Positions 44,249 to 54,836 of a DNA stretch of 64,000 nucleotides are shown one piece after another. The notes beneath the pieces were generated by a model. The model was not told the DNA's origin. It ran no database searches and was given only the letters and a program-made list of their open reading frames with translations. How positions within the stretch are numbered: the stretch's first letter is position 1; each line of letters starts with the position of its first letter. A program made the position numbers and the translations under genes. The stretch is from Draconibacterium sp. (lineage in GTDB: Bacteria > Bacteroidota > Bacteroidia > Bacteroidales > Prolixibacteraceae): assembly GCA_016705335.1 (NCBI GenBank), contig JADIYN010000015.1:8011-72010 (forward strand), read 5' to 3'.

Positions 44249-44600
44249 CAAGGGAAAATATTTTGACACGGACAAATTGCTGGATGAGGTTTTGAAAACT
44301 GAACCGCAATTTGAGTTGTCGGACAAATTTGCTGACGTGCTTGCAGAAAAAATAGGCCGGAAATTTGCCTGGCAACAGTATTTTAGTGAATTTTTAATTT
44401 ATCTCGCCGCCATTTTGGGATTTATTGCGGTTTCGGTTTCTATTCAGTTTCTGTGGTTTGAGGCTGATTGGGTGCAATGGTTACATTTTATTGGTCAGAA
44501 TATCTCGTTGATTTTGGGCATCAATTTTTTAGTTGTATTTATATTATTTGCCGACCGGGTTTTATTGAGGTATTTTTTACATCGCAGAGATTTGATATAA
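44241..44600 (+). CDS. Probable membrane anti-sigma factor (2 TM)
   Basis: Overlaps the sigma stop; soluble EP..LSDKFAD N-terminus then two TM helices. Confidence 0.6.
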   Translation: MYNKGKYFDTDKLLDEVLKTEPQFELSDKFADVLAEKIGRKFAWQQYFSEFLIYLAAILGFIAVSVSIQFLWFEADWVQWLHFIGQNISLILGINFLVVFILFADRVLLRYFLHRRDLI

Positions 44601-44678
44601 ACTTTTTATCATCACACAAACTGAAATAAAAAAACTTCACAATATGTTGCAGAATTCTAAAACTTCAGGCAATTTTAT

Positions 44679-45617
44679 TTACCGGCGGTTGTTGCGCAGG
44701 AAGATTATTTCTTCGGTGTGGGGTTCTTCGCCGGCTTTCATGTTATTCCGTTTATAAAGCGGTTTCAGTTTTAAACCATACAGTTGCGAAATGTAGTGCA
44801 TTGTTTCCCCTGCTTCAACACGATGAGTCAGCATTCCTTTTCGTCCGGCTTTCCGGTGTTTTGCCTCAATATATATTATTTCGTTTTTTAGCGGTTTATA
44901 ACCTTCAGGGTGGTCGTTGAATTTATACAATTCCCAGGCTTTTATGCCAAACTCCTGCGACAAAATCTCGTAGGTATCGCCTTCGTTGGCAACTACAGTT
45001 TTTAAATTGTTCCGCAATGTGATTTGATGCGATTGGTAGGGATTGATTACTAAACTGTTTAAAACCTCTTTTTTACGTGGTTTTGTGTGTTTTAATGTAG
45101 CCAGTTGTTCGTTTGTCATTTTATAGTCGAGCCGGTATAACTGGTATTCTTCGATTATTTTTAATAAACGGTCGGCATAGTCTGGTGCAGTGGCATAACC
45201 GGCTTTTTTTAATCCGTGTGCCCAACCAACATAGTCGTCGGGGGGAAGTTGGAAAAGTGAAAAATAACGCGGATTATCCATTAAAAAATTGGAATGGTCG
45301 ATATACGACTCTTCCACTGTATTGTATTTCCTGAAACATTCATTTTTCTCGTCGTCATCATGTTTCACTGTTTTGCCGGTCCAGGTCGATTTGCATTTTA
45401 TACCGAAATGGTTGTTTGATTTAAGGCTTAATGTACTGTTGCCATTTCCCGATTCAAGACAGGCCTGCGCCATTGTAATACTTGCCGGGATGCCGCTGCG
45501 GTTCATTTCTTCGATAGCCAGAAGCTGGTATTGTTCAATATATTCCTCGCGCGAAATTTGCGCGAATGCTGCAGAAATGGTTGAAATAAAAATAATTGTA
45601 AAAAGATAATATCTCAT
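44679..45617 (-). CDS. GH73 glucosaminidase with LysM domains (autolysin)
   Basis: IPASITMAQACLESG, NNHFGIKC, AGYATAP, LysM GETMHYISQLYG. Confidence 0.92.
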   Translation of the reverse strand: MRYYLFTIIFISTISAAFAQISREEYIEQYQLLAIEEMNRSGIPASITMAQACLESGNGNSTLSLKSNNHFGIKCKSTWTGKTVKHDDDEKNECFRKYNTVEESYIDHSNFLMDNPRYFSLFQLPPDDYVGWAHGLKKAGYATAPDYADRLLKIIEEYQLYRLDYKMTNEQLATLKHTKPRKKEVLNSLVINPYQSHQITLRNNLKTVVANEGDTYEILSQEFGIKAWELYKFNDHPEGYKPLKNEIIYIEAKHRKAGRKGMLTHRVEAGETMHYISQLYGLKLKPLYKRNNMKAGEEPHTEEIIFLRNNRR

Positions 45618-45885
45618 GTTAAACTCGTTTTTACAGAAATCATCAAAAATATAGTGTTCACAGCACTTCCTTTAGTGTTGTTGATTTTTTTATAAACAAA
45701 CTAATGTGAATTTCATTGTGCAGAAACCTGAATTTTTGAAATAAATATTACTAAGGGAATGATTGATTTACAGGAAATCAATAAATCTAAAAGAGTAAAA
45801 CTTCGATTTAACAAACAATTCGGATTTGAAAAATGTGTATTTTCTGTCATTTCCAATAAAAGTGTAAATTTGGCGAAAACAAACA

Positions 45886-46371
45886 ATGATGCATAAAAGG
45901 ACTTACCAGATTTTTGCAGATGAATATGAAAACCTGTCGGAATTAACGGAAGTTGACCGGCAATTGATTTTAAAAGCGCGTGAAGCTTCGGAAAATGCGT
46001 ACGCACCCTATTCAAAATTTTTGGTTGGCGCAGCGGTTTTGCTGGCAAATGGCGAAATAATAAAAGGGAATAACCAGGAAAATGCCGACTTTACTGATGG
46101 TTTATGTGCCGAACGGGTAGCATTGTTTTATGCACACGCTACTTACCCAAATATTGCAGTTGAAGCCCTGGCTGTTACTGCAAAAAACAGTAACGGATTA
46201 ATTGCCGGTCCGGCTCAGCCATGTGGTTCCTGCCGCCAGGTTTTGGTAGAAACCGAATCGCGATATAAGCAACCAATCAGGTTGATATTGGATGGAGCTG
46301 AAAAAATTATGGTGTTTAATGGTGCTGATAATCTGCTGCCATTTGCATTTAAACCGGGTTCACTGGGCTAA
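45886..46371 (+). CDS. cdd: Cytidine deaminase
   Basis: AYAPYSKF.VGAA, CAER, PCGSCRQ; TAAATTTG promoter at 45865. Confidence 0.95.
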   Translation: MMHKRTYQIFADEYENLSELTEVDRQLILKAREASENAYAPYSKFLVGAAVLLANGEIIKGNNQENADFTDGLCAERVALFYAHATYPNIAVEALAVTAKNSNGLIAGPAQPCGSCRQVLVETESRYKQPIRLILDGAEKIMVFNGADNLLPFAFKPGSLG

Positions 46372-47059
46372 ATTTGTTGCCACGGAACAATTTCATAAAT
46401 TCATTCCAAACCACGTCGTCAGGAGGATCAGCAATAATTGTTATCATTTCATTTTTAACAGGGTGCATTAAATCAATCCGGCGGGCATGCAAATGAATGC
46501 TTTTATCGGCGTTTGGGCGGGGAAATCCGTATTTGATATCACCTTTAATATATAACTTAAGTTGGCGCAATTGTACCCTGATTTGATGATGGCGGCCTGT
46601 ATGCAGCTCAATTTCAAGCAAATGATAATTGTCAATGCTGGCAACATGCCGGTAGGTTAAACTTGCCAGTTTTGAGCCGGGTCTTTTTTCTGTATATGCG
46701 TAACTCCGGTTTTTTTCCTGGTTTTTAACAAGATAGTGGGTAAGTGTTTCAGTGTGTTTTTCAGGCCGTTTGTCAACAACAGCCCAATAAGTTTTTTTTA
46801 CTTCATCGCGGGTTTGAAACAATTTGTTTAAGCGGGGAAGCACCTTTCCTGTTTTTGCCAATACCAAAACACCGGTTGTTGGCCTGTCGAGGCGGTGTGG
46901 CAAACCTAAAAACACATTTCCCGGTTTGTCGTATTTTTCTTTTAGGTACTGTTTTACAATGTCGAGAATTGTTTCGTCACCCGTTTTGTCACTTTGTACA
47001 ACCTCGCCACCAGCTTTGTTAACAGCAATAATATGATTGTCTTCGTAAATTACCTGCAC
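46349..47059 (-). CDS. RluA-family RNA pseudouridine synthase
   Basis: HRLDRPTTG, TGRHHQIR, GDIKYG, LHAR. Confidence 0.93.
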   Translation of the reverse strand: MQVIYEDNHIIAVNKAGGEVVQSDKTGDETILDIVKQYLKEKYDKPGNVFLGLPHRLDRPTTGVLVLAKTGKVLPRLNKLFQTRDEVKKTYWAVVDKRPEKHTETLTHYLVKNQEKNRSYAYTEKRPGSKLASLTYRHVASIDNYHLLEIELHTGRHHQIRVQLRQLKLYIKGDIKYGFPRPNADKSIHLHARRIDLMHPVKNEMITIIADPPDDVVWNEFMKLFRGNKFSPVNPV

Positions 47060-47172
47060 TTAGATTGCATTTTTATTATTAATAAGTTTCGGGTTCCTCC
47101 GATTGTTTTACGAGTTCCGGGTTTTTGTGCAAACTTACTTTAAACTTTAAACTTTAAACTTGGAACTCCAAA

Positions 47173-47987
47173 CTAATATTGTTCCGTTTCATTGGGGAAA
47201 TCTCCCGATTTAACATCGATGATATAATTTCCAACCGCATTTTTTATTTCATCGGCTAAATTATGGTAGCGGCGTAAAAATCTTGGTGAAAATTCCTGTG
47301 TAATCCCCAGTAAATCGTGAATTACAAGCACTTGTCCGTCAACTCCGCCACCAGCGCCAATGCCAATAACAGGAATGTTTAATGATGTGGCAACTTCTTC
47401 ACCCAATTTTGCGGGAATTTTCTCCAGTACCACGCCAAAACAACCTGCATCTTCGAGTAATTGCGCATCACTTTTTAATTTCTTCGCTTCAGCTTCTTCT
47501 TTTGCCCGAACTGAATATGTGCCGAATTTATTTATTGATTGCGGCATCAAACCTAAATGCCCCATAACCGGAATTCCAGCTGATAAAATACGATGTACGG
47601 ATTCAATTACTTCTTTGCCGCCTTCCAATTTCACAGCATCAGCGGCTGTTTCTTTCATGATCCGAATTGCCGAACTCAAAGCTTTTTTGAGTTTCCCTGA
47701 TAAGTGCCAAACGGGAGATCTACAACTACCAGCGCACGTTGAACTGCGTTTACTACCGAACGGCCATGGTAAATCATTTGATCTAAAGTAATTGGCAAAG
47801 TAGTTTGGTTGCCCGCAATAACATTTGAGGCCGAATCGCCAACCAAAATCACATCAACACCTGCTTCGTCAACCAATTTTGCCATGCTGAAATCATAAGA
47901 AGTGAGCATAGATATTTTTTCGCCCCGCTGTTTCATTTCAAACAAACGGTGGGTAGTAACTTTCCGAATTTCGCTGTGAACCGACAT
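47173..47987 (-). CDS. panB: 3-methyl-2-oxobutanoate hydroxymethyltransferase (frameshift near 47685)
   Basis: [42 protein letters not shown]. Confidence 0.95.
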
Positions 47988-48123
47988 TCCGTTATGTTTT
48001 TAATTTTGAGCCACAAAGCTAAGCAAAGGTTTTAATCCGCCCAAACATGGTTTCGGCATTAATGAATATTAACAGACAGTGTAATTTTGTTTTATTTTGT
48101 TTGTTTACTTTAGGAAATAAAAA

Positions 48124-49437
48124 ATGATAACTAATCAAATGAAAAAACATAGTGTTGTAGCGACTTTTAGCCTTTTTATTTTTCTTTTGCTGGGTATTGC
48201 ACAACCTGCTGACGCCCAGTTTTACTTTAAGAATGCTGAGATTTATGATTTTCAGAAACATGAATTTAACCAGGGTCTGCATTTCAATTTCAATACTGAA
48301 CGTGAAGAAACCCAAACCGAATTTTGGCGCGATTATGAAGAGTTAAACACTGGTGATATAAAATTTCAACTCAGCAACCGCTTTTGGAATTTCATGGATT
48401 ACAAGCAGGAAAAAATTGAATTCAATGTTGAAATTGGTCCACTTTGGGGAAATGGTAATTGGATTGACAGTTCATCGGTTGCAAATATTGAAGCCGATCA
48501 TAAAATTTTCGGAGTTAGATCAAATGCTTCAGCAAGCTACTCAAGCCGATTTTATTACAACAATAAAAATTACACGCTCGTGCAGGTAAAAGGCTGGGGG
48601 AGATATGATTTATATAATCAAATTTCAAAAGGTATTTCCACTGATTCAAACATGATGAAAACTGGATTTGATGAAGAAACAACAGAAAATAAATTCAGAT
48701 ATGGAATTGAAGCACGCGCCGGCTGGGGAATTGGCAGGTTTAAACCGATGAATAATTTTATGATTGCCGATTACTTACTGAAAAAATATTACAGTCATCG
48801 CAATTTTTCGCAAGATGAAATTTTAAAATTTGGCAACGAGATTGGCAGAATAAAAAGTCAACGAGATATATCAACCGGGCATAAAACTGAGATTGAAACT
48901 GCACAAATGCAGGACTTTTTGAACCAGAAAATGTTTCTTATTCCTGTAAATAGTTTGGAAGAAGAGTGGAAATCCGGCGAATTTTTACCTCGATTTAATG
49001 GAAACAGGGTTGAGTTTGGTCCGTTTTTTAAATACTTCAACCGCGAACCCGATTTTATTTATGGCGGCTATTTTTTATACGAACATGCCAAATATTGCAG
49101 TGTGAAATGGAACCGGAATTTTAGTGCCGGCGTAAATTACAATGCCTACAAAAAGCAGGACTGGATTTTGGGCGAAGTTAGTATGGGTTGGTCTTATTTT
49201 ATAAAACTCAAAAGTCAGATTGATTTTGGCGTGAAATATATTCCCGGAATTGCACTAAACGATTCGGGCGAAACAGGTTCGTTAAACCATGGTTTTATTC
49301 CGTATCTTGGTTATTTCACACAAGTTGATTCGAAAAACCGGATTGACGTAAAGCTTGCCTATCGTTTGTCGGAAGATGAAAACTTGATGCTTTCAGGCCC
49401 TGAAATTTCGGTTGCGGTTTATCGGAGCAGGTATTAA
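48124..49437 (+). CDS. Hypothetical exported, probably outer-membrane beta-barrel protein
   Basis: Signal ..ADAQ, alternating aromatic beta-strands, GWGIGR motif, C-terminal Y-x-x-x-Y. Confidence 0.6.
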   Translation: MITNQMKKHSVVATFSLFIFLLLGIAQPADAQFYFKNAEIYDFQKHEFNQGLHFNFNTEREETQTEFWRDYEELNTGDIKFQLSNRFWNFMDYKQEKIEFNVEIGPLWGNGNWIDSSSVANIEADHKIFGVRSNASASYSSRFYYNNKNYTLVQVKGWGRYDLYNQISKGISTDSNMMKTGFDEETTENKFRYGIEARAGWGIGRFKPMNNFMIADYLLKKYYSHRNFSQDEILKFGNEIGRIKSQRDISTGHKTEIETAQMQDFLNQKMFLIPVNSLEEEWKSGEFLPRFNGNRVEFGPFFKYFNREPDFIYGGYFLYEHAKYCSVKWNRNFSAGVNYNAYKKQDWILGEVSMGWSYFIKLKSQIDFGVKYIPGIALNDSGETGSLNHGFIPYLGYFTQVDSKNRIDVKLAYRLSEDENLMLSGPEISVAVYRSRY

Positions 49438-50545
49438 ACCCGCAGGAATATTTTTTCTTGTACATGTAGTAAAGAATCAACCAAACCAGCAAAATATTTC
49501 CGGCAACAAGGAAAACTTCAGAAATATTTCCTGCAATTTCAGTCCAGCCAAATACTAATTTGGTGACTTTCTCAGTGTCAAAAAACCTGCGAAAAAGATA
49601 GATGAATATTGAATTCATTCCGATAACACGGAAAAAGAAAGACCATTTTTGCCAGCCTTTCACATCAATTATCCAATAAAACAAAGTAATCAGTAAAAAC
49701 CCGATTCCACCAGTAAGTAAATTGAAACTGCCTGTCCAGCATGCTTTAATTAACGGGTAAAAAGTGCTAAGCAACAACGAAGTAACTATTAATGAAACTC
49801 CTGTAATCGAAAGAGTTTTATTTTTTGCATTTCTCCGGTTTTTGTCGCGTAAAATATGCCCGGCAACCGAACCCAATAAAGTAACCGTAACTGCTGAAAT
49901 TATGCAAAGCAAACCTTCCGGGTCAAATACATTTCCATGCAATCTGCCCGGTAAAAGCATCCTGTCAAAGTAGCCGTTTATACAACCTTCGGGAGTTAAA
50001 ACACCGGCGCCAATTCCTGGAACGGGAACAAGCAACTGAAGAATACCGATTGAAACCAAAATCCCGCCAAGCCAGTATAGTCGTTGTTTAAACGATTTTG
50101 TATAAATTACAATTAATGCAGCAAACATATATGCAAGCCCAATTTGTCCCAAAACGCTGGGTAATCGTGGGTTTTCAAAACCATTTGAAAATACACCGTT
50201 GTAAATCCATCCCAACAAAACAAGAATAAGGCCGCGGCTTATTGCTTTTTTTGCCAGCGAAGATTTCGGTACTTTTTTTTCGAGTTTCGAAACAATTGCA
50301 AACGGAATTGCAACACCACTGATAAACATGAACAGCGGGAAAATCAAGTCGTAAAAATGAAAACCATTCCATGGCACATGTTCCATCTGTTCAACAACCG
50401 GATCGAGCCATGCCGCGCCTGTATATTCTGCAATTACTGTTAAAAGATAGCTTCCTCCGGTAATCCAGAACATATCAAAACCGCGTAAAGCATCCAATGA
50501 ATGTAATCGTTTTTCAGGATCGGAGTGCAATGATTTTGTTGTCAT
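49434..50545 (-). CDS. HGSNAT/DUF5009-like membrane acyltransferase
   Basis: RLHSLDALRGFDM, HVPWNG..DLIFPLFMF, DPEG, IKACWT, GMNSI; real end KKIFLRV needs one extra A. Confidence 0.85.
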
Positions 50546-50744
50546 AATTTTATTTTTATTGAAATCGAATGTAGTAAACTTTTCAGAAAGATAAGTTTGC
50601 ATTATTTGGTTTTATTTAATCATATTTTGATAATTACCAATTCCATTTTTAAAAAGGTTTTTAACATAAAAAACACATAACATTTGTTCAGATTGGTACT
50701 ATGTTTGTTAATTGAACACTCAAATTAATCAAAATCAAAACACC

Positions 50745-52051
50745 ATGAAACACTTTCACTCCTTTTCTGCTTAATGCTTGCAGTTTATTCTCCTTTTCCA
50801 AGTTGAGAATTACGATTTGTCAAATATAAATTGCCCAATATAAAAAGGCAACAACTGGATTTCAGCTTTCAATCCAGCGGACAGAATTCTTATCAAATTC
50901 TTTTATCAAAATTATCCGTGATACTATAAAATAGAGAATGGAGTTTCAGGAATTATAATTTGGGTTATTCGTTTTATCGGAATTCCAAAAGAATTCAATC
51001 TGATTATATGCCATATATGGGTATTATAATAAAACAAAAAGGAAATTAACTATTCAATCCAGGGATGATTCCTTTTAGAAATGATTTATCGTTTAATTAC
51101 GATTTAAATACTTTTCACCTACAAATTGGTTTGTTACAACAGTTCCCGGTTTGACATTAACATTAATAATTACAAAAACAATCAAATTATGATTGGAAGG
51201 ACTTATCACAAGTAGTTATATTGAATAGGTGGTGGCAAGGGCCGTATTGAACAAGTTCAGGATTTTCGTCATGCAATATTGCTGATCAGGAATTTGACAA
51301 ACGAGGCGTATCAAAACGAAATGTTTCAGAAGCGGAAATGGTTGAATTTTCAACTTTGATTTCTCAATTAAAAAACAAGCGTTTTTTTGATTCCCGGAAA
51401 CAAAAGGAGGCAGAATTAGTTGCCCTGGATTCGTTTTTAGTTAACAAAGGAATTGTTGATGAAAAAAGTATTAAATATTTCACCGGATTGGAAGATATCT
51501 GGGTTTTTGGCGGTTTGCAGATAAGAGAAAGCGGTAAACAGGTTTTGTTTTCAATTACCTGGTTATATTTTGGCAAAGTATTTGATGACAGGAAAACAAC
51601 ATTAACGAGACATATTGATTCAATACAGACTTTCATACATTTCAAAAAATCCAATTTCGTTAAAATGGCAAGGCAATTATGATTTTAATTTTAGCCACGG
51701 GTATTTAGATCGACTTCAACAACAGAATATTAACGGGGTGGACAAAAGTTATGAAACCCGGGCTTATGCTAACGGGCAGGTTGGTTATTATCCGAAACAA
51801 GAACCTATTTTGATTTGAGTGGTATGTTAGCTCTTTTCAATTTAAGTGACGAAAATATCCTGGATAAGGAAAAATACTCGGCAGGGTTAAGAATTGTAAC
51901 TTCGGGCTACTATTATATTTCAGAAAAACTCAGGTTTGGTTATTCTATCGGATTCGAAAGAAATAAATACGGTATATTTAATAACGATGTTGAAAACACT
52001 TACTATAAAACATTTAACTACAACTTAAACCTGAATTACGCTATTTTCTGA
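50745..52051 (+). pseudogene. Corrupted hypothetical outer-membrane protein, likely paralog of 48124-49437
   Basis: ATG 50745 with signal-like start; GGGKGRIEQVQD..; MVEFSTLISQLKNKRFFD; ends YNLNLNYAIF (beta signal); many indels. Confidence 0.55.
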
Positions 52052-52171
52052 ATTCAAATCATTCTTAATCTATCTCAAATTCCTGCCTTTTTGTCACCGG
52101 ATTTGACAACTATTTCCTGATTATTTCTAATTCCAGTGTCATATTTACGTCAGATTCATAAAAAATAGCGG

Positions 52172-52187
52172 TGGCACAGTCATTGCT
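52172..52187 (+). promoter_or_regulatory. sigma54 (RpoN) -24/-12 promoter upstream of dnaK
   Basis: TGGCAC-AGTCA-TTGCT matches the TGGCAC-N5-TTGC consensus exactly; 49 nt before the ATG. Confidence 0.7.
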
Positions 52188-52236
52188 ATTTCACAACCGT
52201 TAAATTTTGAAACAATTAATATAATATAATCATATC

Positions 52237-54153
52237 ATGGGAAAAATAATTGGAATTGATTTAGGAACCACAAACTCTTGTGTTTCGGTAATGGAAGGCA
52301 ACGAACCGGTTGTAATTCCTAACAGCGAAGGTAAACGTACAACACCTTCAATTGTTGCATTTATTGATAATGGCGAACGTAAAATTGGTGATCCTGCCAA
52401 ACGTCAGGCCATTACAAATCCAACAAAAACAGTATTCTCGATAAAAAGATTTATGGGGGAAACTTTTGACAAGGTTACAAAAGAAGTTGCACGGGTTCCG
52501 TATAAAGTAGTAAAAGGTGATAACAATACGCCACGCGTTCAGATCGACGACAGGAAATATTCACCTCAGGAAATTTCGGCAATGGTTCTTCAGAAAATGA
52601 AGAAAACCGCCGAAGATTATTTGGGACAGGAAGTAACAGAGGCTGTAATTACAGTGCCGGCATATTTTAGCGATTCGCAACGTCAGGCAACCAAGGAAGC
52701 CGGAGAAATTGCAGGTTTGAAAGTGCGAAGGATCATAAACGAACCAACAGCTGCAGCACTTGCTTATGGTTTGGATAAAATGCACAAAGACATGAAAATC
52801 GCAGTATTTGACCTTGGTGGCGGTACTTTCGATATTTCAATTCTTGAACTTGGTGATGGTGTTTTCGAAGTAAAATCAACCGATGGCGATACTCACCTTG
52901 GCGGTGATGATTTCGACCAGGTAATTATTGACTGGCTGGCAGATGAGTTTAAAAAAGACGAAGGCGTTGATTTGAAAAGAGATCCGATGGCTTTGCAACG
53001 TTTGAAAGAAGCTGCTGAAAAAGCAAAAATCGAGCTTTCAAGTTCATCGCAAACCGAAATAAATTTGCCTTACATTATGCCGGTTGACGGTATTCCAAAA
53101 CATCTTGTTAAAACTTTAACACGTGCAAAATTCGAACAACTGGCTGATAAATTAATTAACGCTACAATAGAACCTTGCACGAAAGCATTAAAAAACTCAG
53201 GCTTTTCGGCAAGCGAAATCGACGAAGTGATTTTGGTTGGCGGATCAACACGTATTCCTGCCGTTCAGGAAAAAGTTGAAAAATTCTTCGGAAAAACACC
53301 GTCAAAGGGCGTCAATCCTGACGAAGTAGTTGCTGTTGGCGCTGCTATTCAGGGTGGGGTTTTAACCGGTGAAGTTAAAGATGTTTTGTTGTTGGATGTT
53401 ACACCACTTTCACTTGGTATTGAAACCATGGGCGGTGTAATGACCCGTTTGATTGAGTCGAACACAACTATTCCTACAAAAAAATCAGAAACTTTTACAA
53501 CTGCTTCTGACAATCAACCTTCGGTTGAAATCCATGTTTTACAGGGAGAACGACCAATCGCAAACGGAAACAAAACAATTGGCAGATTCCATTTGGACGG
53601 TCTGCCACCAGCACCACGTGGTGTTCCTCAAATTGAAGTAACTTTTGATATTGATGCCAACGGTATTCTGCATGTTCATGCCAAAGATAAAGCAACCGGC
53701 AAATCGCAGTCAATTCGTATTGAAGCTTCATCCGGTTTATCTGATGATGAAATCAAACGCATGAAACATGAAGCAGAAGCCAATGCAGAGGCTGACAAAC
53801 AGGCAAAGGAAATGGCTGATAAAATTAATCAGGCTGACAGTTTGATATTCCAGACTGAAAAACAACTTAAAGAGTTTGGAGATAAAATTCCTGCCGATAA
53901 AAAACAGCCAATTGAAGATGCATTGAAAAAGCTGAAAGATGCACACGCCAGCAAAGATTTGGCTGCAATTGACGCAGCAATGAATGAGTTGAACACAGTA
54001 TTCCAGGCGGCATCGCAGGAAATGTACAACGCTTCACAAGCACAGGGTGGTCCAACTGCCGATGCAGGACAAGGCGCACAAGGCGGTGGTTCGCAAGGCC
54101 AGCCTAAAAACGACGGAGAAGTTACAGATGTTGACTTTGAAGAAGTAAAGTAA
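52237..54153 (+). CDS. dnaK: Chaperone DnaK (Hsp70)
   Basis: [44 protein letters not shown]. Confidence 0.99.
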   Translation: MGKIIGIDLGTTNSCVSVMEGNEPVVIPNSEGKRTTPSIVAFIDNGERKIGDPAKRQAITNPTKTVFSIKRFMGETFDKVTKEVARVPYKVVKGDNNTPRVQIDDRKYSPQEISAMVLQKMKKTAEDYLGQEVTEAVITVPAYFSDSQRQATKEAGEIAGLKVRRIINEPTAAALAYGLDKMHKDMKIAVFDLGGGTFDISILELGDGVFEVKSTDGDTHLGGDDFDQVIIDWLADEFKKDEGVDLKRDPMALQRLKEAAEKAKIELSSSSQTEINLPYIMPVDGIPKHLVKTLTRAKFEQLADKLINATIEPCTKALKNSGFSASEIDEVILVGGSTRIPAVQEKVEKFFGKTPSKGVNPDEVVAVGAAIQGGVLTGEVKDVLLLDVTPLSLGIETMGGVMTRLIESNTTIPTKKSETFTTASDNQPSVEIHVLQGERPIANGNKTIGRFHLDGLPPAPRGVPQIEVTFDIDANGILHVHAKDKATGKSQSIRIEASSGLSDDEIKRMKHEAEANAEADKQAKEMADKINQADSLIFQTEKQLKEFGDKIPADKKQPIEDALKKLKDAHASKDLAAIDAAMNELNTVFQAASQEMYNASQAQGGPTADAGQGAQGGGSQGQPKNDGEVTDVDFEEVK

Positions 54154-54204
54154 ACTAATATATAATCACACTGAGATTTAAAATCAGGGTGAATCAATTA
54201 AAAC

Positions 54205-54240
54205 AAAATCCTTTCCGTTGAAAAATGGAAAGGCTTTTTA
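54205..54240 (+). terminator. Intrinsic terminator after dnaK
   Basis: cctttcc(g)...(t)ggaaagg hairpin followed by ctttt. Confidence 0.6.
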
Positions 54241-54376
54241 ATTTCAACTCAATGAAACTGTTTATTTTTCTAAGTTGAAATAAATATAAAATCATTGAAT
54301 TTGTGTGTTGAAACGTGACATAAACTTTAAACCACTATTATTGTTCTAAAATAATTACGGTAAAAATAGTAAGGCA

Positions 54377-54736
54377 ATGAATGAATATGAAGAATCACGC
54401 AGGGCGTTTTTAGCAAAATTAGGACTGACAGTTGGCACAACAATCGCAGTATCAACAAAACTTTCAGCAACGGTTTTGAACAGCAAAACAGAGTTTCCAT
54501 TAAAGGCTGACCAACAGGAATTTATGGAACTTTACGAAAAATGGATGGATAAATTTATCCCTGCAGTTAAAGCGCAACGCGAAAATCAGGAAGATAAGAT
54601 TGCAAAAGCCACAATTGTTGAATTAAGTGAAGAAGTTGACAACAGGCGTTCGCAACTGATTGAATACATGAAAGACGATAATTTTGCCCGTTATTATATG
54701 ACAGCTACCGAAAGGTTAACAAAGGAAATCTATTAA
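54377..54736 (+). CDS. Small hypothetical protein with twin-arginine signal
   Basis: SRRAFLAK plus hydrophobic stretch and LSA cleavage site; helical mature part. Confidence 0.65.
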   Translation: MNEYEESRRAFLAKLGLTVGTTIAVSTKLSATVLNSKTEFPLKADQQEFMELYEKWMDKFIPAVKAQRENQEDKIAKATIVELSEEVDNRRSQLIEYMKDDNFARYYMTATERLTKEIY

Positions 54737-54836
54737 AGGAAAAAATCCGGTCGGAATTGATACCTTGTTGGGAACAATCGTTGCTGTTTCACGGTTATAA
54801 TAATTGTATTTAGCCGGAACAAAAAACAATTTTGCC

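Noticed and set aside
5318-47987. Apparent mass pseudogenisation or programmed frameshifting (lolE, rsmA, mrdA, rodA, ppk2, panB)
   Set aside because: Breaks are single-base indels, mostly at homopolymers, in conserved core genes with intact motifs, as expected from long-read error.
52237-54153. dnaK without grpE/dnaJ
   Set aside because: Stand-alone dnaK is the usual arrangement in Bacteroidota.
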